This document shows, one piece after another, positions 8,989 to 21,737 of a stretch of DNA of 64,000 nucleotides. The stretch comes from Sedimentisphaerales bacterium (GTDB taxonomy: Bacteria > Planctomycetota > Phycisphaerae > Sedimentisphaerales > SM23-30), in the NCBI GenBank assembly GCA_963663965.2, contig CAXXFK010000021.1, positions 96,218 through 160,217 on the forward strand. The letters run 5' to 3'. The notes beneath the pieces were generated by a model that was given only the letters and a program-made list of their open reading frames with translations, was not told the origin of the DNA and did not search any database. The position numbers and the translations under genes are program-made. Within the stretch, counting starts at the first letter, position 1. Every line of letters begins with the position of its first letter.

Positions 8989-11900
8989 CTATTTATCCCC
9001 ATGATCGAACACCCCACCCAGATTGCGAACCAACATCCACAATCGTCCCAGATAACCGGCGTTCATTTCATTATTACCCGATCCATTTTCTCCCTGATGG
9101 GTAAGATCGGAATGGATTTGTGAATCAATATCAACGGAATAACCATCCTTCATTTCTGCCTCATAGAAAGTTGAATCCGGTACTTCATCAAAAAGCTCTT
9201 CAAAAGATTGGCCATTGACATATTCATGGGGAATTTCCAGGGCATCGGCAAGTTGTTCTGAATTCCACTCAATGTCAGATTCAATAAACTCTTTTTTAAC
9301 CGGCGTTACTGTAATCAATTCATTATCAAATCTGACCATGGCTTGAATGGATTCTTGCATGATAAGATCAACATTATGATCATTGGAATAATAAACCGAA
9401 GGACCTTCGTCGTTAACGGCAAAAGCGTCTTCATCGACATGATGCTTTGTTTCGGATGTGTCATCAAAATTGTCAGATGGAGTCTCATTGGGTACCTGAG
9501 GAGGCAACGGTTCCAATGGATCATTATCTGGAGTTTGATCCTGCCGGTTTGAATCCCCTTCAACAACCAGAGTAACATGATCGGTACTGGTAACCGTCCC
9601 ATCGGAAACTTGTAGCTCCAGGGTAATTTCAGCATCGGAAGATATTCTGGATGGAACGACGACAGGATTGAGGGTATCCTGATTCAGAATCGTAACTTTG
9701 GGACCGCCTGTCTGGACCCAGGTATAGGTTAACGCGTCATTATCGACATCAGACGCCTGGCCATTCAGGACGATCTTTTCGGTCGAACCGGCAACAACAT
9801 CCTCGCCGGCATCGACAATCGGCGCGTCATTCCGGGCGTTAACCCGGATAGTTACAGTAGCCGTATGACTGCCGCCATGACCATCATTGACTTGATAAAC
9901 AAAACTGTCCTCACCGTGATAATTCAGATCCGGTGTATAGGTGAAAGTCCCGTCATTACCCCTGGTGACAGAACCATGCTCCGGTTGTGAATAATCAAGA
10001 ATTTGTAATACATCACCGTCCACATCCGTATCATTCGATAAAAGGTTGTCAAAAGATAACGGGGTATCTTCATCGGTGGTTAAAGTGTCTTGAACTGCGT
10101 TCGGATTGTCGTTAATCGAATGGACATCCAATTGAACCGTGGCCGCGCTTTCTCCGCCCTGCCCGTCTGAGAGAATATAACTGAAAGTATCATTGCCATG
10201 GAAATCGCTGTCAGGAATATAAATAAACGAGCCGTCCGCTTGCTGGCTGACCGTGCCGTGTTGGGGCTGGGAATAAGCGATAATCGTCAAAACATCCCCA
10301 TCAGGGTCATTATCGTTACTGAGCAGATTCCGAATGACCAGCGATTGATCTTCATCCGTGGCATAGACATCATCGCCCGCCTGAGGAGCGTCATTGACAG
10401 CCTGAACATTTACAATGATCACCGCCTGACTGGTACTGCCATGGCCGTCGTCAATCGTATAATAAAAGGTATCCTGCCCATGATAATCGACATCAGGAAC
10501 ATAGTTGAGGGTTTGATCACGATTCAAGCTGACCGTTCCGTGTTCCGGTTGGGTATAACTGACAATCTGCAGCAGATCCCCATCAATATCAGTGGCATTG
10601 CTCAAAGGATCCAGCTGGATGGAGACATCCTCATTGGTTACCGACGCATAATCGCTGGCAACGGGTGCATCATTAACGGCCCGCACTTCGATTTGCACGA
10701 CAGACTCCGTCATGCCACCCTGGCCGTCCGATACGACATAGACGAATTGATCAATGCCGTTAAAATCCGTATCCGGGGTATAGCTGAAAGTCCCATCGTT
10801 GAGTTGGATAACCCGACCATGTTCCGCCTGACGGTAATCGGCAATTTCCAGAATATCACCATCAACATCACTGTCATTATTGAGAACCGAAGTAATAACA
10901 ACTGGAACATCTTCTTCGGTACTGATAAAGTCATTAGCGGCATCCGGCGCGTCATTGGTTGAAATCACTTCCAGTTGAACCGTGGCGCTGCTTGTTCCGC
11001 CATTGCCATCACTCACCGTATATACAAACTGATCGGCGCCATGGAAATTGGCATCCGGAATATAGGTTATGGTCCCATCGCCATGATCAACAACTCTGCC
11101 ATGTTCGGGTTGCGTCAAATTCGATAGGGTCAGGGTATCATGATCGACATCAGAAGCAGTCAGGTTCCAGGCAATAACCGTAGCCGCATCTTCATTAAGG
11201 GTTAATGCACTATCGGCAACTTGTGGCGCATCGTTGACTGAGCTCACTTGAATCGTAACCGTGGCTTCATCCAGACCGCCCAGGCCGTCACTGACCGTAT
11301 AGGCAAAACTGTCATTGCCGTGATAGTTCGCATCGGGCGTATAAGTGAAAGTGCCGTCCGGATTCAACACCACCGAACCATGCTCCGGCTGGGTAAAATC
11401 TGCCACCGACAGACTGTCATGGTCCACATCGCTATCGTTATTCAGCACATTCACCGTAATGGCAGTATCTTCTGCCGTCGCCTGAGTGTCACCCGCGGCA
11501 ACCGGGGCATCATTAACCGATTGAACCGTCAGTCGGACCGTACCGGTGGTCGTCGCGCCGTTGCCATCGCCCACCGTATACGTAAAGGTATCATTGCCAT
11601 GATAATCGGCTTCCGGCGTATACGTAAAACTGCCATTACCATGATCCACCAGAGTCCCGTGTGACGGCTGCTCAAAATGAAGCAATGTCAATGCGTCGCC
11701 ATCTACATCAGACACCTGGTCCCGCCAGTTGAACTGATAGCTGTTATCCTCATTAATAGTTGTCACTTTTTCCAGGGCAATCGGCGTATCGTTAACCGAG
11801 TTCACTTGAATCGAAATCGTGCCCTCATCCAGACCGCCCAGGCCGTCACTGACCGTATAGGCAAAACTGTCATTACCGTGATAGTTCGCGTCGGGCGTAT

Positions 11901-14900
11901 AGGTGAAAGCTACCGTCCGGATTTAGCACCACCGATCCATGCTCCGGCTGGGTAAAATCAACCACTGACAGACTGTCATGATCCACATCGCTGTCATTAG
12001 CCAGCACATTCAATATAACGGCGGTATCCTCAGCCGTCGCCTGAGTATCGCCCGCGGCAACCGGGGCGTCGTTAACCGATTGAACCGTCAGTCGGACCGT
12101 ACCGGTGGTCGTCGCGCCGTTGCCGTCACTGACCGTATACGTAAAGGCATCGTTGCCGTGATAATCGGCTTCCGGCGTATAGGTAAAGCTGCCATCACCA
12201 TGATAGACAACCTGACCATGGGCCGGTTGGGTATAATCCGTAAAGGTGATGTCATCACCCTCGACATCACCGTCATTGGCCAGGACATTAATCGTCGTAA
12301 CGGATGTGTCTTCATCGGTAGTAAAATGATCACTGCCCAGTCGGGGCGCATCGTTAACCGGTGTAACCGTCAGCTCAAAGGTTGCGGTGGCAGTCCCCCC
12401 CCGGCCATCACTGATGGTATAAACAAACGCATCATTACCGTAATAATCATCATCCGGACGATACTCGAACGTGCCGTCGTTCTGATAAGTGATCGTTCCA
12501 TGCTCCGGTTGGGTGTAATCGACCACGCTTAAATCATCACCATCGACATCCCTGTCATTGCCCAGGACATTCAGCGTCTGAACGGTCGTATCTTCTGTCA
12601 GGGTCATTGTCTCGCCCGCGGCGACCGGCGCATCGTTGATTTCCCGGACATTGATCCGGATGGTGGCGTTCTTGACAGCGCCGGACGGATCGGCAACGGT
12701 ATAAGTGATGTAGTCGTAGCCATGATAATCCGGATCGGGCGTATAACTGAATGTACCATTGCCATTATATTCAACGCGGCCATGGGCCGGTTGAGTAAAA
12801 TCGGTGATGGTAAGGGCATCGCCGTCGACATCGCTATCGTTACTCAGCACATTCCCTGTGGTATATGGAGTATCCTCCCAGGCGTTATAATAATTATTGA
12901 TAGCAACCGGAGTATCGTTTATGGATGCGATATTCAGCTGAACGGTAACGGTATCACTGCCGCCCTGACCATCGATCACGGTATAGGTAAATGCATCACT
13001 GCCATGATAATTGGCGTCAGGGGTATAAGTAAACGTGCCATCCTGATGATAAACCAGCGTACCGTGTTCCGGCTGCGTGTACCAGGGTATTGAAAGGGGG
13101 TTACCATCCACATCGGTATCGTCCGCCAGCACATTGCCAGTCGTCAGCGGGGTGTCTTCATCCAGATTATAGCTGTTGTTCTGACCCACCGGAGCATCAT
13201 TCACCGGCCGCACCGTAAGCTGAACCGTCGTTTCAACCGAAACCCCTTCTGCATCCACTACCGAATAAGCAAAACTGTCCGAACCGTTATAATTCTCGTC
13301 GGGGGTGTAGGTAAATGTGCCATCCTGGTTATACGTAACGGTTCCATGGGCAGGCTGGGTATATTGCCCGATGACCAGTTGATCGCCATCAATATCGGTA
13401 TCATTCGCCAGCACATTGCCGGTAGTTATCGCCGTATCTTCATTGGTACTATAGTGATCCGACTCCGGGACCGGTGCATCGTTCACGGGAGTCAGCTGAA
13501 TATTGACCGTCCCGATGGAACTGCCGCCCTGGCCATCGATAACCTGGTAAGTGAAACTGTCCGCGCCATTATAATCGGCGTCTGGAGTAAATTCAAAAAC
13601 CCCGTCCCCTTTATACCGTACCGTTCCATGTTCCGGCTGAGTGAAATCGTAAATAAAAAGAGGGTCACTGTCGACATCCAGATCATTCGTTCTGACATCC
13701 CCGCTTAATAAAACCGTATCTTCATTAATCACATAATTGTCGGATACCGGAACCGGAGCATCATTGACGGAAAGGATTTTGAGCGACACGGTTTCGCTAT
13801 GGGTGGCGCCGCCGGGATCCGCAACCGTATAAGTAAAACTATCCGAGCCGGAATAATCGGCATCCGGCGTATAAGTAAACGTGCCATCCTGATGATAAAC
13901 GACCGCGCCGTGTTCCGGCTGGCTGTAATCAATCAGCGTTAAAGCGTCGCCATCGACATCGCTGTCATTACTTAACACATTGCCCGTGGTCAATGGCACA
14001 TCTTCCCGGGTGACATAAGAGTCCGCTTCGGTATCAGGTGCGTCATTGACGCCATGGACCGTGACCGTTACGGTCGCGGTATCGTGATGACCGTACCCAT
14101 CATAAATCATGTAGGTAAAACTGTCCGTACCATGAAAATTATCATCAGGGATATAGGTAAACGTGCCGTCATCATTGTAACTGACCGTTCCATGCTCCCC
14201 TTGCGAATAGTCATGGACGACCAGAGTCCGATTCCCTTCGATATCGATATCATTACTCATCACGGTGGTGGTCACCCCGATATGATCCTCATCGATTTCC
14301 AGCGTATCGTCATTCGCGATCACACCGTCTTCAATCCCGGCAATCTGGAAATGAAGGGCGGCGGTGTCTACGCCACCCTGACCATCACTGACCGTATAAG
14401 TGGCCTGATCGCTGCCGTAATAGTTCTCATCAGGGGTATACGTAAACGTCCCATTGTCATGATAGACCAACGTGCCGTGTTCCGGCTGGGTAAAGCCAAT
14501 GATCGTCAGCACATCCCCGTCGGCATCGCTATCATTGGCTAAAACATTCCCCGTCGTAACCTGAGCATCTTCATCCAGCGAATAATAATTGGCTGACGCA
14601 TTGGGCGCGTGATTACCGGGCGCAACCTCAATGGTGATCGTGGCGGTATCGCTGCCGCCACGGCCGTCACTGACCGTATAGGTAAATTGATCGGTACCCA
14701 CAAAATCTGCGTCAGGGGTGTAAATCAAAGCGCCATTCTCACCCGAAGTTACCTGACCATGGCCTGGAACCGTGTAACCCGTGATCGTGAGCGAATCACC
14801 GTCAGAATCGCTATCGTTACCGAGCACATCGATGGTTACTGCGGTATCGTTATCCGTCACCGTATGATCATTCACGGCATTCGGATCGTGATTAACCGGC

Positions 14901-17900
14901 AGCACCGTTATACGTACCGTGGCGGTATCGCTGCCGCCCTGCCCGTCACTGATGGTATAGGTGAAACTATCCGTTCCGGTATAGTCACCGTCGGGAGTGT
15001 AGGTAAAAATGCCATCCCCTTGATAGCTGACCGTGCCATGCGCGCCCTGCGCGTAATCCGCCACGGCCAGCGCATCATTGTCGATATCCGTATCATTGGC
15101 CAGAACACTGGTTGAAATGACGGTTTCATTTTGATTGGTCGTCAGCGTGTTGTCGCCGGCAACGGGAGCGTCATTGACGCCATGGACCGTGAGCGTCACC
15201 GTTGCGGTCGCGGTTGCGCCATGTCCGTCCGTAATGGTATAGGTAAAGTGATCGATCCCGTTATAATCTGAATCCGGGGTATAGGTAAAGGTGCCGTCAT
15301 TATTATTGATTAACTGACCGTGCGATGGCAGGGTAAAGTCGGTAATCCCCAGCAGATTCTCTTCTACGTCCGTATCGTTGGCCATAACAAAACCGGTCGT
15401 AACCGACCCGTCTTCATTAACGTCATAACGGTCCGCTCCGGCAACCGGCGCGTCATTGACCGACAAGACCTGGTAGGTCACGGTCGCGCTGCTGCTGCCT
15501 CCGGAACCATCCGTGATCGTATAGGAAAAACTGTCCGTACCATAAAAATTGGAATCGGGTGTGTATCGGAAAGTCCCGTCGCCCAGATGAACCAGGGTGC
15601 CATGCTCAGGCTGGTCGAAATCCACCAGACTTAAAAGATCGCCATCAACATCCACATCATTGGTAAATAGTTGGGTGTCCACCGGACCCGAATCTTCATG
15701 GAGGATGACGGTATCATCAAATGCTTCCGGCGCGTCATTGACCGCCGCCACATTCACAAGAACCGTACCGGTATGTTCGGCCCCATTTCCATCGATTATG
15801 GTGTAGGTAAAGCTATCGATCCCGTTATAATCCGCTGTGGGTGAATAACGAAACACGCCATTGCCTTCATAACGAACGACACCATGACCAGCCTCCGAAT
15901 GGCCGACCAGCACCAACTGGTCTCCATCGGCGTCCACATCATTCTCCAACACGTTTCCTGTGCTGAACGGGGTGTCTTCATTCGTCGTGTATATACTGTC
16001 GCCGGCTACCGGAGCGTCATTCACGGATCGGACTGAAACCACCACCGTGGCGGTATCGGTTCCACCCTGACCGTCGCTGACCGTATAAGTAAAACTGTCC
16101 GTGCCATAAAAATTATTTTCCGGAGTATAAAGGAATGTGCCGTCGTCATTATAGCTAACAGACCCATGAGATCCCTGCCCATAAGCCACCACGGTCAGCA
16201 CATCCCCATCGATATCCGAATCGTTTTCCAGGACCGAACCGGTTACAACCGGGGTATCTTCATCGGTGGTGACCTGATCATAATGACTGCTGGGAGCGTC
16301 ATTGACCGGCGTCACTTCAATGGTAACCGTCGTCGTGCTTTCACCGCCCACCCGGTCGATCACGGTATAGGTAAAACTGTCCGTGCCGCAATAATCCGGA
16401 TCCGGCGTATAAGTAATAATGCCATTGCCCTGGTAGAATACGGTTCCGTGCTCCGGATTGCTGATGCCATGGATCATCATGTCATCGCCATCCACTTCCG
16501 TGTCATTCGCCAGAACATTGCCCGTGACCAGCGCCTCATCTTCCTGGGTAACATAATGATCCGCTGACAATACGGGATTATCGTTCACCGAGGTGACGCT
16601 TAAATGGTACGTGGCGACACTGGTCCCACCCGCACTGTCCGATACGGTATAAGTAAAAGAATCGGAGCCATGATAATTGGAGTCAGGGGTATAAGTAAAG
16701 GTGCCATCCCCATGATAGACCACCTGGCCATGGGCCGGTTGGGCAAAATCGGCGATCGACAGGGAATCGTTATCGACATCCGTCGCGCGGTTCAAAACAT
16801 TCGTCGTCATCAACGGAGTATCTTCCAGTGTCGTGCCATTGACAGTCTGGGCAACCGGCGCGTCATTCACCGAATTGACCGTCAGATTCACCGTTGCGGT
16901 ATGAGTCCCTCCGTTCCCGTCCGAAACCGTATAGCTGAAAGCGTCATCCCCGTGGTAATCCGCGGCCGGCGTATATGTAAAGGTTCCGTCCTGGTTGTAA
17001 ACCACCTCGCCATGTGCCGCCTGACCATAATCGGTTACGGTTAAGACATCCCCATCCACATCGACATCATTCGCCAGCACATTCACCGTCACCACCGTAT
17101 CTTCATCGGTGGCAACCTGATCGGCTTGGGCAACCGGCGCGTCATTCACCGGGGTGACAGTCAGGTTCACCGTCGCGCTATGAATCCCTCCGTTCCCGTC
17201 CGAGACCGTATAGGTGAAAGCGTCATCCCCATGGTAATCCGCGGCCGGTGTATACGTAAACGTGCCGTCCTGGTTGTAAACCACCTCGCCGTGCCCGGCC
17301 TGACCATAATCGATCACCGTTAAGGTATCCCCCTCGATATCGGTATCATTGGCCAGCACATTCACCGTCACAATCGCGGTGTCTTCGTTCGTAGTGGCTT
17401 GATCGCCCTGGGCAACCGGCGCGTCATTCACCGAATTGACAGTCAGGTTCACCGTCGTGCTATGAGTCCCTCCGTTCCCGTCCGAAACCGTATAGCTGAA
17501 AGCGTCATCCCCGTGGTAATCCGCGGCCGGCGTATACGTAAAGGTTCCGTCCTGGTTGTAAACCACCTCGCCATGTGCCGCCTGACCATAATCGGTTACG
17601 GTTAAGACATCCCCATCCACATCGACATCATTCGCCAGCACATTCACCGTCACCACCGTATCTTCATCGGTGGCAACCTGATCGGCTTGGGCAACCGGCG
17701 CGTCATTCACCGGGGTGACAGTCAGGTTCACCGTCGCGCTATGAGTCCCTCCGTTCCCGTCCGAGACCGTATAGCTGAAAGCGTCATCCCCATGGTAATC
17801 CGCGGCCGGCGTATACGTGAAGGTTCCATCTTCATGACAGGCCAGATCGCCATGGTCGGGTTGGGTATAATCCGTAATCGTCAGACTATCCCCGTCGGCA

Positions 17901-18571
17901 TCGGTATCGTTAGCCAATACATTCAGATGAACCGAAACCGTATCTTCCGTCACATTGAAATGATCATCCAGGCTGACGGGATCTGCATTATGATCGCCGG
18001 TAAGAATTGTTTCAATACCGCTGTATTCTATTCTGACAGAACGCCCTTCACCCAGAGCAACCGTGAGTACCGATCCGGTGTCATCGATCTGGCCAGAGGA
18101 AAATTCCGACAGATCGATGGTATCCTGCCCGGCGCCTCCCTCGATGGTGATCGTATCGCCATCTTGCGCCCCTGTGATATAAAATAAGTCATCCTGCTCC
18201 CCGCCATCCAGATAATCATTGCCGCCGCCACTGATCAGAATATCGTTATGGAGACCGCCGTAAAGGGCATCATCCCCGATGCCGCCGTTTAGAATATCGT
18301 CCTGATGTTCACCGTAAAGGATATCGTTGCCATCGCCGCCGTTGAGTATATCGGCCCCCATATCGCCAAACAGGATATCGTCGCCTCCCAGCGCGTCGAC
18401 CAGATCATTATCATGCCCGCCATAAAACAGTTCACTTCCATCGGTGGGGCCATTAATCGCTTCCCCGGTGTCGGCATCCACCCAGGTGGCGGACAGCATG
18501 ATACGAGGCTCAAGAGCGGTTACTTGAATACGTTTTTGATTATCGGATGCTTTATCTTTCATGATCCTCAA
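8989..18571 (-). CDS. Giant cadherin-like (tandem-95/Ig) repeat adhesin with N-terminal LEPR-xLL motif and RTX-like Ca2+ repeats, and a C-terminal PKD-like domain; split by a +1 frameshift near 11908
   Basis: ORFs 11873..18571 and 8989..11805 join if one base near 11906-11910 is removed. LEPRIMLSA, GGxGxD repeats, 29 NDAP-type ~94-aa repeats counted. Confidence 0.88.
11270..12190. repeat. Intragenic direct repeat, offset 558/559 bp
   Basis: 11281 matches 11839 (offset 558); 11519 matches 12078 (offset 559). Confidence 0.8.
16850..17826. repeat. Near-identical intragenic direct repeat, offset 561 bp
   Basis: cttcatcggtggcaacctgatcggcttgggcaaccggcgcg at 17101 and 17662; encoded repeat peptides are almost identical. 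Confidence 0.9.
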
Positions 18572-18892
18572 TGATTCCCTTAGTGTTATAAGTTTTCTAT
18601 TAACTAGATAAGGTAAAAACCATTAAAAAGTAAAATATACCCCAACTTTTTCCAAACTTATCCTATGATTAATTTGACTTTTTGGTTTGAAAACCTTTTC
18701 ATTTTGAGGTATAGTACGGTTGTATCGATTTGAACACCTCCAGACACAGCTGAATTTCCCAATACCAGGTCCCTGTTCGAGTCTAATGATACGGCTTACA
18801 ATTGAAAATGCCTCTGGGCTGCCCAATACAGAATGCGTACTGTCTATGCGGCCTTCTCTCAATTCAATCACCCTCATTTCCAAACCCGCCCA

Positions 18893-18921
18893 TTGACAAA
18901 AAGTTAGACGCGTCGTACAAT
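18893..18921 (+). promoter_or_regulatory. sigma70 promoter of the DtxR-Fur-FeoA gene, overlapping a candidate operator
   Basis: TTGACA-N17-TACAAT; the spacer contains AAGTTAGAC-gc-GTC. Confidence 0.7.
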
Positions 18922-18955
18922 ATCCGCTTGTCAATCACCCCACCAACCCAAAACC

Positions 18956-20278
18956 ATGAACAACAACAAACTCAGTTCCAGCCTCGAAGACTACCTTGAA
19001 ACCATCTACCGGCTCTGCCAGGATGATGACACCGCCAACGCCAACCAGATCGCCCAGACCCTCAATGTCAGCAAAAGCTCCGTCACCTGGGCCCTCAACC
19101 AGCTCTCCGAAAAAGGCCACATCCAGTACACACCATACGAACCCATCCGCCTCACCGATGCCGGCCGTCAGGAAGCCCGCCGCCTGCTCAACCGCCACCT
19201 GCTCATCAAAGACTTTCTCCAGCGCATCCTCGGCATCGATGAAAATCTCGCCGAAGAAAACGCCTGCAAAATGGAACATGTCATGGACCGCGATGTCCTG
19301 GAACGCATGGGCCGCTTCTCCCAATTCATCGACGCCTGCCCCCGCGCCGGCCAGGAATGGCTCAACAGTTTCCGTTTCCAGTGCGAAGAAGGCCGCCTCC
19401 CCGAAAAATGCCCCGAATGCATCCGGCAGATCAATATCAATCAGCCACCAACTGTCTCAGATAACAATGAGACATCCACCCTGCCAGAACCACTCCCCAA
19501 ACAAACCAAAGACCGCGATCACCTCCTGATCGACCGCCTCAAAGTCATCCTCGCCGATCAGGGCGAACCACTCACCGATCAGCAAATAATAATAGCAGAA
19601 TCATTTATGAATGATGAGCGCCACCTCACCCTCGACGAACTCCTCCAGAAAACTCACCTGTTCGATAGCACCATCACCCCCAACGATATCCAGACCGTTC
19701 TCGATCTGCTCTGCGAATACCGCCTCGCCCGGGAAGCCCGTTTCGGCGACCAGATTATCTACGAACATTTCCATCCCGAATCCCACCACGACCACTTTTA
19801 CTGCCTCCAGTGCGGCGCTATCGAAGAGTTTTTCGATCCCCGCATCGAATCACTCCAAAACGAAAACGCCCGCAACAGCTCATTCCGACCCCTGCAACAT
19901 ACCCTCAACATCATGGGCGTCTGCTCTCAGTGCCTCCAGCTCGAATCTCAGAGCCGCACCCTCGCCCAGTGCCGCCAGGGCGAACGGGTTCGCATCGCCC
20001 GCCTGCTCGGCGACCGCGCCACCCAAGGCCAACTGGTCGCCATGGGACTCAACCGCGGCGCCCAGATCGAAATTCTCAACGACAACTGCGTCAACGGCGG
20101 TATGATCCTGCTGGTCCACGGCACCCGCCTGATGCTCGACAAGTCCATGATCCAGCAAATACGCATCCGGGCCGCCCGCCCCGGCGATCCCATACTCTCC
20201 GGCGGCCCCTCCCTGCGCCGCCGCCATCGCCACCAGGCCGACCGCCCCGGCCATTGCGACGAAGGCTTCCACTGGTAA
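18956..20278 (+). CDS. Metal-dependent regulator: DtxR/MntR + Fur + FeoA fusion
   Basis: EDYLETIY...SKSSVT...RH...ACKMEH (DtxR); HHDHFYCLQC...EF...GVCSQC (Fur); LAQCRQGERVRI...LVAMGL (FeoA). Confidence 0.85.
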   Translation: MNNNKLSSSLEDYLETIYRLCQDDDTANANQIAQTLNVSKSSVTWALNQLSEKGHIQYTPYEPIRLTDAGRQEARRLLNRHLLIKDFLQRILGIDENLAEENACKMEHVMDRDVLERMGRFSQFIDACPRAGQEWLNSFRFQCEEGRLPEKCPECIRQININQPPTVSDNNETSTLPEPLPKQTKDRDHLLIDRLKVILADQGEPLTDQQIIIAESFMNDERHLTLDELLQKTHLFDSTITPNDIQTVLDLLCEYRLAREARFGDQIIYEHFHPESHHDHFYCLQCGAIEEFFDPRIESLQNENARNSSFRPLQHTLNIMGVCSQCLQLESQSRTLAQCRQGERVRIARLLGDRATQGQLVAMGLNRGAQIEILNDNCVNGGMILLVHGTRLMLDKSMIQQIRIRAARPGDPILSGGPSLRRRHRHQADRPGHCDEGFHW

Positions 20279-20296
20279 TCCAACCTCAGCCCACTC

Positions 20297-20325
20297 TTGC
20301 CATTTCCCGCAAATATCGGTATAGT
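20297..20325 (+). promoter_or_regulatory. sigma70 promoter of hisD
   Basis: TTGCCA-N17-TATAGT, followed by an AGGAG RBS. Confidence 0.6.
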
Positions 20326-20345
20326 ATCTTCGATAGGAGTTTCCC

Positions 20346-21659
20346 ATGACTATTTTAAATATCGTTAATACCCGTCAAACCAGCTTTAATCAGATCTGGA
20401 CCGACCTTGTCCAGAAGCTCAATCTCGAAGGCGAACTGATCCATAACACCCAGCGCCGCGACCAGGTCCGCGCCATCGTCAACGAAGTTTGTCAGCGTGG
20501 CGACCAGGCCGTCGCCGAGTTCACGGCCCGTTTCGACCAGGTCACCCTCACCCCCGATCAGTTCAAAATCCCTGCCGAAACCATGCAACAGGCCCACAAC
20601 CAGATGGACCCAACCCTTATGGCCGCCCTCCGCCAGAGCATCGACAACGTCCGCCACTACCAGGAAACCATCATGGTCCGTCAGCCTGCCGACTGGCAGC
20701 GCAACGGAGTTCGTCTCGGCGTCCGCTACCGCCCGCTCAACCGGATTGGTGTTTGCGTACCCGGCGCCTCGGCCCCGCTCGTCTCCACAGTTATCATGAC
20801 CGTCGTGCCCGCCCAGGTCGCCGGTGTCCGGGATATCGCCGTTATCAGCTCACCCAGCTTCAATGGCTCCATCCACCCCGCCGTTATGGCTGTCTGCCAC
20901 GAACTCGGCGTCAACGACGTCTACCGCATCAGCGGCGCCCAGGCCGTCGCCGCCCTCGCCTTCGGCACCGATACTATCAAACGCGTCGATAAAATCGTCG
21001 GGCCCAGCAACTGGTGGGGCCAGCTCGCCAAAAAAGAGGTCTTCGGCCTGGTCGATATCGACAGCTTCGCCGGCCCCAGTGAGGTCCTCATCATCGCCGA
21101 CGACTCCGCCAATCCCGCCTGGATCGCCGCCGACATGCTCAGCCAGGCCGAACATGCGCCCGGCAGCGCCGTACTGCTCACCGACAGTGATACCCTCGCT
21201 ACCCAGGTCGCCGAAGAAGTCGACCAACAACTCGCCCAACTGTCCCGCGGTTCCGATACCGAACAATACATCCGCGACTATTCCCTGGCCGTCGTCACCG
21301 CCTCCCTTGATCAGGCCATCGAACTGGCCAACGCCTTCGCCGTGGAACATCTTCAGATCCAGTGCCGCAACAGCGATACCATCGCTGAACAGGTCGCCAA
21401 TGCCGGAGCCACTTTCATCGGCCACCACTGCCCCGTCGCCACCGGCGACTACTTCGCCGGCCCATCCCACACCCTGCCCACCGGCGGCTCGGCCCGGTTC
21501 TTCAGCGCCCTCAACGTCAATGACTTCATCAAACAGACCAGTATCATCGCCTATAACGCCGACAACCTTAAAGCCGCCGCACCCCAGATCGTCCGCATCG
21601 CCGACGAAGAAGGCCTCACCGCCCACGCCCGCTCCATAACGATCCGTACCGAACAATAA
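20346..21659 (+). CDS. hisD: Histidinol dehydrogenase
   Basis: GAQAVAALAFGT, VDKIVGP, DSFAGPSEV, DMLSQAEH, GDYFAGPSHTLPT. Confidence 0.97.
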   Translation: MTILNIVNTRQTSFNQIWTDLVQKLNLEGELIHNTQRRDQVRAIVNEVCQRGDQAVAEFTARFDQVTLTPDQFKIPAETMQQAHNQMDPTLMAALRQSIDNVRHYQETIMVRQPADWQRNGVRLGVRYRPLNRIGVCVPGASAPLVSTVIMTVVPAQVAGVRDIAVISSPSFNGSIHPAVMAVCHELGVNDVYRISGAQAVAALAFGTDTIKRVDKIVGPSNWWGQLAKKEVFGLVDIDSFAGPSEVLIIADDSANPAWIAADMLSQAEHAPGSAVLLTDSDTLATQVAEEVDQQLAQLSRGSDTEQYIRDYSLAVVTASLDQAIELANAFAVEHLQIQCRNSDTIAEQVANAGATFIGHHCPVATGDYFAGPSHTLPTGGSARFFSALNVNDFIKQTSIIAYNADNLKAAAPQIVRIADEEGLTAHARSITIRTEQ

Positions 21660-21737
21660 AACTATGTATTTCCTTCTTTAAACTTTCTCACTGTGCTTAC
21701 TACCGTAAATTACCACCATGCCAATATAAACTATCAA

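Noticed and set aside
11270..17826. Diversity-generating retroelement TR/VR pair
   Set aside because: Duplications are in-frame domain repeats, differences do not look adenine-specific, and there is no reverse transcriptase.
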